A stretch of 64,000 nucleotides of DNA from Alphaproteobacteria bacterium (GCA_964291415.2 OZ219920.1:128001-192000), one strand, 5' to 3'; positions 29,627 to 40,457 are shown, numbered from the stretch's first letter. Program-made: numbers and translations. The notes: generated by a model not told the origin, from the letters alone.

Positions 29627-31464
29627 CGGCCTTTCTCAGAATCGAGGATCTCGTGGTCGAGGGACGGCCGCCGTCGGGAATCTGGGTGGAGACGGTGCAT
29701 CGCTGCAGCGTCGAGGTGCACCCGGGCGAGGTCGTGGCGCTGATCGGCGAGTCGGGAGCCGGAAAGACAACGGTTGCGCTGGCAGCCCTGGGCTATGCAC
29801 GTCCGGGAACCCGGTTCAGGAACGGCCGCGTCTTCCTCGAGGGGCGCGATGTCCTTGCCATGTCGATCGCCGCGAAGCGCGACCTGCGTGGCCGTGATGT
29901 CGCCTACGTGGCGCAGAGTGCGCAGGCCTCGCTCAACCCCTCCATTCCCGTGGGCGAGCAGATTGCCGAGAGTCTGCACCTTCACCAGGTTGCCGAAGGC
30001 GCCGACGCAACGCGGCGGACGATCGAGCTTCTCGATCTCCTCGACATACCGCATCCCGAGATGATTGCGCGGCGCTATCCGCACCAGACGTCGGGCGGCC
30101 AGCAACAACGCATCATGATGGCCATGGCGCTGGCCTGCCGGCCGCGGCTGCTGGTGCTCGACGAGCCGACGACGGCCCTTGACGTGACGACCCAGATCGA
30201 GGTGCTGAAGGCAATCAAGTCGGTCAACCGCGACCTCGGCACCGCGTCGATCTACGTCAGCCATGATCTTGCCGTCGTCGCCCAGGTGGCCGACAGAATC
30301 CTGGTCATGAACCAGGGACACGTCGTGGAAGAAGGAGAGACCTCCCGCATTCTCGACGATGCGAGGGAGGACTACACGCGAACCCTGCTGGGCGCGGTGA
30401 AACCGCCGCCCTCTCCTGAGAGGACGGCGGTCGACCGCACCCTGACCATCGGCGCCGAGCCGGTGCTCTCCGTCATGCAAACGTCCGCCAGCTATGCCCG
30501 GCAGACCCTGTTTGGCACCATCGAACGCGAGCAGTACGTCCTCCATGACATCGCGCTCGATGTGTGGCCTCGCGAAGTGCTGGCCGTGGTCGGTGAATCG
30601 GGCAGCGGCAAGTCGACCCTCGCCAGGGTCATGGCCGGCCTGCATCCACCCCTTCCCGGTGCGCAGATCATGCTTGACGGCGATCACCTTGCCGGCCGGG
30701 CGCGTCGCAGGACACGCGATCAGCTGCGCCGCATCCAGATCATCTTCCAGAGTCCGGACCAGTCACTCAACCCGGAGCGTCGTGTCGACGACGCCATCGG
30801 CAGGCCTCTCGAGCTCTATTTCGGCATGTCGGGCTCCGAGAAGTACGACCGGATCGCCGATCTCCTCGAGATGGTCGGACTCGATCCCGACTACGCCGGG
30901 CGTTTTCCCGCAGAACTGTCGGGTGGCGAGCGCCAGCGCGTCTCCATCGCCCGGGCCTTCGCCGCCGAACCGGATGTCATCCTGTGTGACGAAGTTCTGT
31001 CCGCCCTCGATACCGTCGTGGCCGCCCGCGTGCTCGAACTGATGAAGGAACTGCGGGAGACCCACCAGGTGGCCTACGTCTTCATCAGCCACGATCTGTC
31101 CACCGTCGCCTCGATCGCCGACCGGGTGGCGGTCATGTATGCCGGCAGGATCGTCGATGCCGGCTACACGAACGACGTGTTCGCGCCACCGCATCATCCC
31201 TACACGCAGCTTCTCATCAATTCCGTGCCGGCGTTGCGTCAGGGATGGCTCGAGGAGGTCATCAACAGCCGCGAGGCGGAAGCGGGCATGCGTTCCAACG
31301 TCATGCTGCACGACCGTCCGTGCCCCTTTCGCATGCGCTGCCCCCTTGTCATTTCCGGAACCTGCGACAGCGAACCGGCACCGGCCAGAGAGATGGGTGA
31401 CGGGCACGTCGTCATGTGCCAGCACGACGAGGCAACCCTCCGCGCGGCGCAGGGTGGAGCCTGA
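29623..31464 (+). CDS. Peptide-type ABC ATP-binding protein, fused DppD/DppF
   Basis: Two Walker A motifs ([16 protein letters not shown]) and a C-terminal CPF..RC...C...C Fe-S motif. Confidence 0.92.
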   Translation: MTAFLRIEDLVVEGRPPSGIWVETVHRCSVEVHPGEVVALIGESGAGKTTVALAALGYARPGTRFRNGRVFLEGRDVLAMSIAAKRDLRGRDVAYVAQSAQASLNPSIPVGEQIAESLHLHQVAEGADATRRTIELLDLLDIPHPEMIARRYPHQTSGGQQQRIMMAMALACRPRLLVLDEPTTALDVTTQIEVLKAIKSVNRDLGTASIYVSHDLAVVAQVADRILVMNQGHVVEEGETSRILDDAREDYTRTLLGAVKPPPSPERTAVDRTLTIGAEPVLSVMQTSASYARQTLFGTIEREQYVLHDIALDVWPREVLAVVGESGSGKSTLARVMAGLHPPLPGAQIMLDGDHLAGRARRRTRDQLRRIQIIFQSPDQSLNPERRVDDAIGRPLELYFGMSGSEKYDRIADLLEMVGLDPDYAGRFPAELSGGERQRVSIARAFAAEPDVILCDEVLSALDTVVAARVLELMKELRETHQVAYVFISHDLSTVASIADRVAVMYAGRIVDAGYTNDVFAPPHHPYTQLLINSVPALRQGWLEEVINSREAEAGMRSNVMLHDRPCPFRMRCPLVISGTCDSEPAPAREMGDGHVVMCQHDEATLRAAQGGA

Positions 31465-31469
31465 TCCCC

Positions 31470-32903
31470 CTACCCGTCGAGCGGTGGCCTCGTTGCGGTG
31501 CCGCCGTAGAGCGGCATGGCGGATTCGATGGCATGGGCCACCCGAAACACGGTCTCCTCGTCAAAGGGGTTGCCGACGACCTGAATGCCGGTGGGAACCC
31601 CGTTGGCGTCAAACCCCGAGGGAACGGACAGCACCGGCAGGCGGCTGAACGCGTTGAATGCCGGCGTCATGATGACACTGTGGATGTCATGGCCGACACC
31701 GTCGACATTGACGGGCTGTTCCCAGTCTCGCAGGTCTGCCGGAATCTCGGTGGTGCCCACGGTTGGGCAGATGAAGACGTCGTGGCGCGCCAGGTCGGGC
31801 ATGAACGTCAGCCAGGCGTCGCCGATCGCCTTCATGCATTCGTGGAACATGCGGGGCGTATAGAGCTCGTTGTGCCGCGCGAAGATCACCGTGTAGTCGC
31901 AGACGAGGTCGGGGTGGCGCTCCACGGCATCGCTGAATTCATCGGCATAGATCATTCCTCCCCAGGCCGGGAAGGCGTCCAGCAGGTCGCCGGCCCACGG
32001 GGTCGCGATCTCTTCCGCACTGGCGCCGGCAAGGGCCGTTTCGATGATCTGCCGGGTGTTTTGCCTCACGGCCTGCGAGACGGCGTGGCTGCCGAGATCC
32101 TCCGACCAGGCCACCTTCAGTCCCTCGACGCCAGGCGGATGCTCGGGCAGCAACGGGGCACCTGGAACATGCGCCGGGTCCCTTGCCCCATGGGGGCCGT
32201 TGGCGATAGCGTTCTGCACGAGCGCGGCGTCGCCGCTGGTACGGGTCATGGGGCCGATGTGAAAGAAGGGATCCATCGCCACTTCGGGACTTCCGGGGTT
32301 GCGACCGTAGGGCGGCTTGTAGCCGGTGATGCCGCACATCGCGGCCGGCATCCTGATACTCCCGGCGCTGTCGGAACCGGTGGCAAGCGTCGTTGTTCCG
32401 GCCGCGACCGCGGCGGCAGCGCCGCCGGACGAGGCGCCGCACGTGATCGCCGTGTTCCATGGATTGCGCGTGACCCCGTGCAGACGCGACGTGCAGGTCC
32501 AGGGCCAGACGAACTCCGGGCATGTGGTGAGGGCATGGATGATCGCGCCCTCATCGACAAGGCTGGCAACGGTTGGATTGGTGTGATCCGCCAGGTTGTC
32601 GGCGAAGATGAGGGATCCGAAAGTCCGCGGCTTGCCGGCGACAGCCGTATCCTCCTTGACCGCCAGCGTCAGGCCCTCGAGCCGTCCGGGACCGCCGTCC
32701 TTCCCGGCATAGCGCGCTTCCGATCGCCGTGCCGCTTCCAGGGCTTCGTCGAAGAAGGTCGAGGCCAGGGCATTGACCCGGCCCTCGACCGCATCGGCGC
32801 GGGCAATCTGCGCCTCGAGAACGTCCACGGGCGAAAGTTCGCGGGTTCTGAACAGCCGCAACGCCTCCCTGGCGTCAAGAAAGCAGAGATCGGTGTCGTT
32901 CAT
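31470..32903 (-). CDS. Amidase signature family enzyme
   Basis: AVKE, GASSGG and GSDSAGSIRMPA motifs. Confidence 0.93.
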   Translation of the reverse strand: MNDTDLCFLDAREALRLFRTRELSPVDVLEAQIARADAVEGRVNALASTFFDEALEAARRSEARYAGKDGGPGRLEGLTLAVKEDTAVAGKPRTFGSLIFADNLADHTNPTVASLVDEGAIIHALTTCPEFVWPWTCTSRLHGVTRNPWNTAITCGASSGGAAAAVAAGTTTLATGSDSAGSIRMPAAMCGITGYKPPYGRNPGSPEVAMDPFFHIGPMTRTSGDAALVQNAIANGPHGARDPAHVPGAPLLPEHPPGVEGLKVAWSEDLGSHAVSQAVRQNTRQIIETALAGASAEEIATPWAGDLLDAFPAWGGMIYADEFSDAVERHPDLVCDYTVIFARHNELYTPRMFHECMKAIGDAWLTFMPDLARHDVFICPTVGTTEIPADLRDWEQPVNVDGVGHDIHSVIMTPAFNAFSRLPVLSVPSGFDANGVPTGIQVVGNPFDEETVFRVAHAIESAMPLYGGTATRPPLDG

Positions 32904-32965
32904 GGGCGGATGATCCGGAATGGGAGTGTCGCCGCGAATTCACAGGCCGCACACGGGACAGTCCG

Positions 32966-33625
32966 GTGAACGACCCCGGGCGTCGCCTTGCCGCCGAGTT
33001 CATCGGCACGGCCTTCCTGCTGGCGACCGTCATCGGTTCGGGCATCATGGCAGAGACGCTGTCACCGGACAACGTCGGCGTGGCGCTCGCCGGAAACACG
33101 CTGGCCACGGCGGCCATGCTGGTCGTCCTCATCCTGATCTACGGACCCATATCGGGTGGTCACTTCAACCCGGCTGTGACACTGGCCTTCGCCCTCAAGC
33201 GGGACATTCCTGTGGGCGAGGCGGTGGCCTATGTCGCCGTCCAGGTGGCCGGCGCCCTTGCAGGCGCCATGCTCGCCCATGTCATGTTCGACCAGCCGCT
33301 TCTCCTTGCCTCGCAGCAGGCGCGCACGGGTGTAGGCCAGTGGACGGGGGAACTGGTGGCCACGTTCTCCCTGGTGGCCGCCATTCTTGGCTGTCTGAAG
33401 TGGCGTCCGGATGCCGTGCCCTGGGCCGTTGGCCTGGCGATCGCCGGCGGCTACTGGTACACCTCGTCGACCTCCTTCGCCAATCCCGCAGTCACCATTG
33501 CCCGCAGCCTGACGGACACCTTCTCCGGCATCCTTCCGGCCCACGCGCCTGCATTCATCGCCGCGCAGTGTGCCGGCGCCATTGCCGCCGTCCTGCTGTT
33601 AGGCTGGCTCCTGCAGCGCAAGTGA
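32966..33625 (+). CDS. MIP/aquaporin family channel (AqpS-like)
   Basis: Two NPA motifs: ISGGHFNPAVT and TSFANPAVT. Confidence 0.92.
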   Translation: MNDPGRRLAAEFIGTAFLLATVIGSGIMAETLSPDNVGVALAGNTLATAAMLVVLILIYGPISGGHFNPAVTLAFALKRDIPVGEAVAYVAVQVAGALAGAMLAHVMFDQPLLLASQQARTGVGQWTGELVATFSLVAAILGCLKWRPDAVPWAVGLAIAGGYWYTSSTSFANPAVTIARSLTDTFSGILPAHAPAFIAAQCAGAIAAVLLLGWLLQRK

Positions 33626-33632
33626 GCGCAGC

Positions 33633-36038
33633 ATGCAGTTCGCCATAGGCCAGCCCAACCCGAGAACCGAGGATCCTCGCCTTGTGCGGGGCGGCGGACG
33701 CTATGCCGATGACGTCAACCTCGACGGTCAGCTGTGGGGAGCGGTGCTCCGTTCGCCCCATGCCCATGCCGCCATTGCCGGCATCGACTGCAGTGAGGCC
33801 CGTGCCGGGCATGGTGTGCGCCTTGTTCTCACCAACGACGACCTTGAGGCCGAGGGAATTGGCTCACTGCCGTTCACCAGCGCCATTGCCAACCGGGATG
33901 GATCTCCGATCGCAGACATTCCACATCCGGTTCTGGCGACCGGCAGGGTCCGGCATGTTGGCGAACCGGTGGTCTTCGTGGTGGCGGAATCGCGCGAGGC
34001 GGCACGTGATGCATGCGAAGCGGTCCATGTCGACTACCATCCGCTCGATGCCGTGACCGGCACCGCCGGGGCACTTGCAGACGATGCTCCGCAACTGTGG
34101 GAGGAAGCGCCGGGCAACGTGGTGCTTGACTGGGACGTCGGTGACGCCGCGGCGGTCCGCAACGCCTTCGCCGCGGCCGACCGCGTGGTGGAACTCGAGG
34201 TGGTCAACAACCGCGTGGTCGTGGCACCCCTCGAGCCGCGTGCCGCGGTCGGTGACTACGAACCCGGGAGCGGCCGCTTCACCCTCCATGCCTGCTCCCA
34301 GGGCGCCCACAAGCTCGCGGCCCCCCTGGCCAGGGACGTTCTCAAGGTGCCGGGAGACCGTCTTCGCGTGCTGACCGGAGATGTGGGCGGCGCCTTCGGC
34401 ATGAAGAACTTCCTTTTTCACGAGTATGTCCTCGTGCTGGTTGCGGCACGGCGCCTTGAGCGCCCGGTCAAGTGGACGGCGGATCGCAGCGAGAGCTTTG
34501 TCAGCGACCTGCAGGGCCGCGACCGCGTCATGAAGGGGCGAATGGCCTTCGACAGTGCCTGCCGGATCGTCGCCCTCGAGGTCGATGTCATCGCCAATTT
34601 CGGCGCCTACGTTTCGCAGTTCATGCCCTTCGTGGCGACCCTTGCCGCCACCGCCATCCAGTCCATGGCCTACAGGATTCCGGCCATTCACACCCGGGTG
34701 CGCGGGGTGATGACCAACACCGTGCCGATCGATGCCTACCGTGGGGCGGGGCGCCCGGAAACCGGGTTCATGGTCGAGCGTCTGCTCGACCTCGCGGCAC
34801 GCCGGTTCGGACTGTCCGGGAGCGCCATACGCCGCCTCAATCACGTGCGCCAGGAGGACTTTCCCTGGGACACCGGTGTCGGCGTCGTCTACGACTGTGG
34901 CGATTTCGGACGCCATCTTGACCGGGCGCTCGAGCTTGCCGATGTCGCCGGTTTCCCGGCGCGCCGCGAGGAGTCAGGCCGCCGGGGCGTGTTGCGCGGT
35001 CTTGGTGTCACGGGCGTCTTCGACCGTTGCGGCGGCATGGGGCCGGACATGGTGGACCTCGATATCGACAGCGAGGGACATGTCCTGGCCAGGGTCGGGA
35101 CGCAGACGAACGGGCAGGGTCACGAGACGGCCTATACGCAGATCATCGCCGACAGGCTCAAGGTCGACCCCTCGCGCATTCGCATTCTCCAGGGTGACAA
35201 CGAACTGGTGCCCTTCGGTTCGGGCAATGGCGGTTCCAACTTCATCGCCATAGCCGGCAGCGCCTGTCTCATCGCTGTCGGGCACGCCATCGACAAGGGG
35301 CGGCGCATCACGGCGCATCTCCTGGAGACGGCCGCCGACGACATTGTCTTCGAGGACGGCATCTTTCGCATAGACGGCACCGACCGCACGCTGACCTTCG
35401 AGGAGGTGGCGGCGGCGGCCGGTGACCCGGACCGCCTGGCGCAAGGGGAGGAACCGGGCTGGCGGGTGAGCGGAACCTACAAGCCTCCGGACGGGCCGGC
35501 CTTTCCCAACGGCACCCACATCTGCGAACTCGAGGTCGACCCCGAAACCGGGGTGACGGACCTCCAGCGCTACATCGCGGTGGACGATGCCGGAGTCGTC
35601 ATCAATCCCCTTCTGGTTGACGGTCAGGTGCACGGTGGCGTGGTTCAGGGTATTGGCCAGGCCCTGGCCGAGGAGGCACACTATGATCCCGGCTCGGGAC
35701 AGCTGCTCACAGGCTCCTTCCTCGACTACCAGCTTCCCAGGGCAAGCGATCTCGTCATGATCGAGACCGACCGCATCGAGGTGCCGACGGCACGCAATCT
35801 CCTCGGCGTCAAGGGTATCGGCGAAACCGGGGCGATCGGCAGTCCTCCAGCCGTCATCAACGCGCTGGTGGATGCGCTGGCTCCCCTCGGCATCGATCAC
35901 ATCGACATGCCTGCAACACCGCTCAAGGTGTGGAGCGCAATTCAGTCTGCAACGGCATCATCCCACCAGAAACACTCCACCGTTCTCTCTCACTTGCGGC
36001 CCCATCTACACCATGTTGGACGACAACCCGGGCGCTAG
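33633..36038 (+). CDS. Xanthine dehydrogenase family molybdopterin-binding subunit (form II CoxL-like)
   Basis: RSPHAHA, DVGGAFG, AYRGAGR, GQGHET, GQVHGG and KGIGE motifs. Confidence 0.92.
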   Translation: MQFAIGQPNPRTEDPRLVRGGGRYADDVNLDGQLWGAVLRSPHAHAAIAGIDCSEARAGHGVRLVLTNDDLEAEGIGSLPFTSAIANRDGSPIADIPHPVLATGRVRHVGEPVVFVVAESREAARDACEAVHVDYHPLDAVTGTAGALADDAPQLWEEAPGNVVLDWDVGDAAAVRNAFAAADRVVELEVVNNRVVVAPLEPRAAVGDYEPGSGRFTLHACSQGAHKLAAPLARDVLKVPGDRLRVLTGDVGGAFGMKNFLFHEYVLVLVAARRLERPVKWTADRSESFVSDLQGRDRVMKGRMAFDSACRIVALEVDVIANFGAYVSQFMPFVATLAATAIQSMAYRIPAIHTRVRGVMTNTVPIDAYRGAGRPETGFMVERLLDLAARRFGLSGSAIRRLNHVRQEDFPWDTGVGVVYDCGDFGRHLDRALELADVAGFPARREESGRRGVLRGLGVTGVFDRCGGMGPDMVDLDIDSEGHVLARVGTQTNGQGHETAYTQIIADRLKVDPSRIRILQGDNELVPFGSGNGGSNFIAIAGSACLIAVGHAIDKGRRITAHLLETAADDIVFEDGIFRIDGTDRTLTFEEVAAAAGDPDRLAQGEEPGWRVSGTYKPPDGPAFPNGTHICELEVDPETGVTDLQRYIAVDDAGVVINPLLVDGQVHGGVVQGIGQALAEEAHYDPGSGQLLTGSFLDYQLPRASDLVMIETDRIEVPTARNLLGVKGIGETGAIGSPPAVINALVDALAPLGIDHIDMPATPLKVWSAIQSATASSHQKHSTVLSHLRPHLHHVGRQPGR

Positions 36039-36498
36039 GCGCATCGCCACAACATGCCAATGATGGAATCGTGCTCCACGGACATCCCTCTCGTTGCTCG
36101 AAAGCACCCGGAGTACCCTTTTCCTGGCGCTTGTTCGGATGGGTGCGTCCATTGTCGCTACCTTCCTGACCACCTCTCTATCGAGTTCGGCTGCCTTGCG
36201 CCCGTGATTTCGTTCGTTCATGCATCCCGGCCATCCTCAGGTCCGAATGTCCGCAATCGCTGCCTTGAGATCCCGCGTAAACTCCCTGACGAAACGGCAC
36301 TTTGGCAAGATGGTGCTGGTCCCTATCACGATCTCCAAAACGACATTGGGAACAAAGGGCTCCACCACCAGATCGCCTGCCACCTCTCGTTGGAAGACGA
36401 TGGGGAACTGAGCTGTCAAATGTCTCGGCCTGGGGTCTCATCGGCGCGTGCGGATCCCAGCACAATGCCCCCTCATTCCAGTCAGCAAGGAGAAAAAC

Positions 36499-37126
36499 GT
36501 GTCTCAGTTTCGACCGAAGTACAAAACATTCGACTGCTATGGGACCCTTGCAAAATTCCGGATGAGAACCGTTGCACGGGACGGGTACCAATTCAACAAG
36601 GACTTCGGAGTCCATCGATTTGATGTGGTGCCTGGAGACTGGAAACCCTATCAGAACGCAATCAAGAACGCCGTTCGTCGAACCTGCGAAAAATGGGGAA
36701 TGGAATACGTCGATTCCGAGGCTCAGGTTTACTATGACAAGGTGCCTGACCGGGACCTCATCGCGACGTTTCTGATCCGTTTGCTCGAGTGGCCGGGCAT
36801 TGTCCGCTGGTGGTCCCGTCCAAGGCTTCAGACAACCAGATTGAGATAAGCTCGGCGCGCCCTTCCATGCGGCTCGCACGGCCGAACAAGCACGGGCCTA
36901 CAAGCCGCGTTACAGAGCATTCAAATACATGTTCGACCAATTGGGATGCGGGGAGGGGAACGTCTTGCATGTATCGGCAAGCCTTCGATACGATCTTGTC
37001 TCTGCCTACGGTCTCGCTATCAAGAACAAGGTCGATGTCCATCGCGGCTATGAGCCGACGGCACCGGGATGCGAGTATCATGATGTATCCGGCATTGGCG
37101 TCTTGTCGGGAATTCCCGGGCTGTAG
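36499..37126 (+). pseudogene. Haloacid dehalogenase type II, frameshifted and internally deleted
   Basis: FRPKY.TFDCYGTL in one frame; AEQARAYKP...YMFDQLGC...LHVSASLRYDL in another. Confidence 0.8.
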
Positions 37127-37141
37127 TCGAGTGCAGGCTCC

Positions 37142-38419
37142 ATGAAACTCAAGCCCTATTGGTTGGATACGGCCCCGGCGTTCAGGTCCTGCGTTGCTGG
37201 CCCTCCTCCCGAACGGTGTGATGTGGTCGTGATCGGTGGAGGGTTCACTGGCCTGTCGGCAGCCTTGGCGTTGGCAAGGAAGGGCGTCGACATCGTAGTG
37301 CTTGAAGCGAAGGGGGTTGTGTCGGCGGCTTCGGGACGGAATGGCGGACATTGCAACAACGGGCTCATCAAGCCGATTGGCACGATTGCGTCGCAACATG
37401 GAGAGGAAGTCGCCAAGACTCTGTACCGCGCTTTCGATGCTGCTGTTGACACCGTTGAGCGCCTGGTCGATGAGGAGGCAATCGACTGCGACTTTCGACG
37501 CAGTGGCAAGATTCTGTTGGCGGCCAAACCATCCCACTTTGATAGACTTAAGAAAAACTCCGAGCACCTGATGAGAGGTCTCGATACAGATACCGAGCTG
37601 GTGTCGCCCGCAGATCTTGGATTTGAAGTAGTCTCCTCGAAGTTCCATGGCGGTCTTCTGTTCCACCGGAGTGCGAAGTTGCATGTTGGTCGTTTCGGTA
37701 TCGGTCTTGCGGAAGCGGCTGCCGGCCACGGCGCCAGGATTTTCGAGAACACACCCGTTTCAAACATCAAGCGGGTTGGCACAACCAACATTGCGGTTGA
37801 AACGGCTTGCGGGACAATTCAGACCGAGAATGTGTTCGTGGCCACCGGGGCGGATACCGCAGCGCCATTTGACTACTTGCGTCGACGGATCGTGCCGATC
37901 GGGAGCTTTGTCATTGCTACGGAACAACTGTCGAAAGAGCAGCTCGACACGGTCATGCCGACCCGGAGAACGGCCGTTACCTCAAGACACATTGGAAACT
38001 ACTTCCGCGTATCGCCGGACAATCGGCTGATTTTCGGCGGGCGTGCGCAGTTCGCACTTTCAAGCCCAAAAGCCGACGCCGAGAGTGGTCAAATCCTGGC
38101 ACGCGCGATGACGGAGATCTTTCCCCAACTGTCGGACGTCCAGATTGATTACTGTTGGGGGGGATTGCTGGATGTCACGATGGACCGCCTGCCGCGGGCT
38201 GGCAAGAACGGTGGATTGTACTACTCCCTTGGATACAGCGGCCATGGCGTGCAAATGTCCGTGCACATGGGGCGGATCATGGCCGATGTCATGACGGGCG
38301 GCCCTGATACAAACCCATTATCCGACCTGCCGTGGCAAGCGGTGCCTGGCTACTCCGGGATGCCATGGTTCCTTCCGATTGTCGGAATGTACTACAGACT
38401 GCTCGACAGATTCTCGTGA
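37142..38419 (+). CDS. FAD-dependent oxidoreductase (PuuB/OrdL-like)
   Basis: PYWLDTA, GGGFTG, ASGRNGG and GYSGHGV motifs. Confidence 0.9.
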   Translation: MKLKPYWLDTAPAFRSCVAGPPPERCDVVVIGGGFTGLSAALALARKGVDIVVLEAKGVVSAASGRNGGHCNNGLIKPIGTIASQHGEEVAKTLYRAFDAAVDTVERLVDEEAIDCDFRRSGKILLAAKPSHFDRLKKNSEHLMRGLDTDTELVSPADLGFEVVSSKFHGGLLFHRSAKLHVGRFGIGLAEAAAGHGARIFENTPVSNIKRVGTTNIAVETACGTIQTENVFVATGADTAAPFDYLRRRIVPIGSFVIATEQLSKEQLDTVMPTRRTAVTSRHIGNYFRVSPDNRLIFGGRAQFALSSPKADAESGQILARAMTEIFPQLSDVQIDYCWGGLLDVTMDRLPRAGKNGGLYYSLGYSGHGVQMSVHMGRIMADVMTGGPDTNPLSDLPWQAVPGYSGMPWFLPIVGMYYRLLDRFS

Positions 38420-38459
38420 ATCATGACGTAACGATGCTGCAGGAGCGTGACCGGCATTC

Positions 38460-38610
38460 ACAATTGGAGATTGGACCGCTCACGGCGAGGCCACGCAAGC
38501 CGGAGACATTCGGCTTCCTCGATACGACGCACTGCTGCGCCATTACGAAGACGGGCACGTTCCAGGTCGGTCGAAGACCATCCCGGAAACGAGATCGCCG
38601 AATGCTGTGG
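38460..38610 (+). mobile_element. Fragment of a group II intron reverse transcriptase/maturase
   Basis: KPETFGFLDTTHCCAITKTGTFQVGRRPSRKR resembles KPETFDFLGFTH.C..T..G.F.V.R.T.RKR. Confidence 0.65.
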
Positions 38611-38639
38611 CGGGGCGAGGCGGCACTTTGCGGGCGACG

Positions 38640-38790
38640 GTACGACAACCACCACCATGATCGTCTCCTTGTGGACGTCCAGACCGACGTATCTATACTC
38701 CGCCAAGACCTGCCCTCCTCGATGTGGCTCTTGTTCTGCGAGCCATGTCTTCGAGCATGGTTCACGAACCTCGAGGCCAGAGCAGGTCAT
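38640..38790 (-). mobile_element. IS110 remnant: transposase N-terminus plus upstream non-coding end
   Basis: YVGLDVHKETI starts at 38706 with a GAGGAGG RBS. The leader is closed by a gacctgc/gcaggtc inverted repeat. Confidence 0.7.
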
Positions 38791-38819
38791 TCAGGATGAC
38801 CAGGCCGGGAGAAACTTCG

Positions 38820-39983
38820 ATGATCCCTTCATCAGAGTTTGCGGAACGCCGGGACCGTGCCCGGCAGGCAGTCCGGGACGCGGGCCTTGCCGGTCTCCTC
38901 GTCTGTTCGCGTGGCGGCGGTACCACTGACCGCTACGCCGACGTCAAGTACCTCACCAACTTCTATACGCGGTTTCCCTATATTCCGGATGTGCCGGGCG
39001 AGTGGACGGGCAGGGCCCACGCGTTCGTCGTCCTGCCGGCCGACGGCGAGCCGGTGCTGGTGGCCGATGACCGGCCGGAACGCGACTCGGACCTTGCGAT
39101 TGGCGATGTCACGGTCACCGGAGACGTGACGGGGTCGGTGATCGCCGCGATGAAGAAGGCCGGTCTCGCCGGGGGGCGCATTGGCGTCGCTGGGTCCGAT
39201 ACCCTGCCCTGGAGCCTTCACAACGCCCTTGCAGAGGCTCTTCCGGAGGTTGCGTGGGTGCCCGCGGACGGCATTCTGGGCCGCCTGCGCATGGTGAAGT
39301 CTCCAGGGGAAATCGCGATGCTGCGCCGGGCCTCGCACGTCGGCAGCCGAGCCACCGAGGCGATGCTGGAGAGGGCGGTGCCAGGCGCCACCCACGGCGA
39401 GGTGGTGGCCGCCGGCATGGAGGTTCTCGTGACCGCCGGGGGCATTCTCTACAACTCGTTCATGTCATCCGGGAAGGGCGGCAACAACCCCGTCACCGTG
39501 GCGAGCAGTTTCCCGACCTGGGGATCCGACGACGTGCTCGAGGACGGCGACTGGTTTCATGTCGGAATCTCGGGAGCCGTCGACGGCTACTACTTCGATC
39601 ATGCCCGCTCGAAACCGGTCGGCCACGCCACCGCCGAACAGATCCGTGTCTTCGAGGCGCCGCTCCTGGCCGTCCGGGAGGCGATGGCCGTCGTCCGTCC
39701 CGGCGTGACGGCCGCCGACATCGCCCGCGCCGGACGTGAAAAACTCGAGAGTCTGGGTTTCGAGCTGGAGGGCTCCTTCAAGGGATTCGGCCACGGCATC
39801 GGTCTGGGCTGGGATTCGCCATGGCTGGTGGAGAGCGATCACACCCCTATCGAGGAGAACATGGTGCTGTGTGTCGAACGCAGTGTCCGCCACATGGGCT
39901 ATGTCGGCGACTTCGAGGAAACCGTGGTCGTCACGAAGGACGGCTGCGAACTCCTCACCGACGCCCGCGTACGCTGGTGGTAG
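38820..39983 (+). CDS. M24 family (Xaa-Pro peptidase/creatinase-like) hydrolase
   Basis: EF.ERR, LRMVKSPGEI, GYYFD.AR, GHGIGL and FEETVVVT motifs. Confidence 0.88.
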   Translation: MIPSSEFAERRDRARQAVRDAGLAGLLVCSRGGGTTDRYADVKYLTNFYTRFPYIPDVPGEWTGRAHAFVVLPADGEPVLVADDRPERDSDLAIGDVTVTGDVTGSVIAAMKKAGLAGGRIGVAGSDTLPWSLHNALAEALPEVAWVPADGILGRLRMVKSPGEIAMLRRASHVGSRATEAMLERAVPGATHGEVVAAGMEVLVTAGGILYNSFMSSGKGGNNPVTVASSFPTWGSDDVLEDGDWFHVGISGAVDGYYFDHARSKPVGHATAEQIRVFEAPLLAVREAMAVVRPGVTAADIARAGREKLESLGFELEGSFKGFGHGIGLGWDSPWLVESDHTPIEENMVLCVERSVRHMGYVGDFEETVVVTKDGCELLTDARVRWW

Positions 39984-40457
39984 GCGTGCCTCACGACCCG
40001 GGAACCTGGTGCCACTTGCGTACACTCGGAGCCGTGCCGGGCCCTGTCTCAAGCGATGTGAGGTCTGCAGAGCGGCTCCGAACCAGTCTAATTCATATGT
40101 TCCGGTGAACTATTAATAGCCCTGCGCCCTATGAAGATACGCTTAATAGAAGGCTGAGGGGACTCCCCATCGCAGTTGCACGGTGACACACGCGGCCTCG
40201 GGTCGGGTTGTGTCGTGTCATCCCGGAAAACCGGATCCACACGGCGCAGGATGGCCAGGCCGGCCAGTTTGACACGGGCACTGATTCCTCGTAATTCAGA
40301 CATTCGAACGAACTCTTAATTATCTTGCGTGATAGTCAACTGCGCTTGATTGGGGACCGGCTGCGCACGACGCACCAAGGCTCTCATTCAACGAATGGCA
40401 TCACGTTCTGACTTGATCGCGTTGAAACACGTTGCGTTGATCGGGGGGCACTTCCGC

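Noticed and set aside
33633-36038. True aerobic CO dehydrogenase
   Set aside because: It has AYRGAGR, not the form I AYxCSFR motif, and no cox accessory genes are present.
36237-36419. Possible LysR C-terminal remnant
   Set aside because: Similarity is too weak to support without a search.
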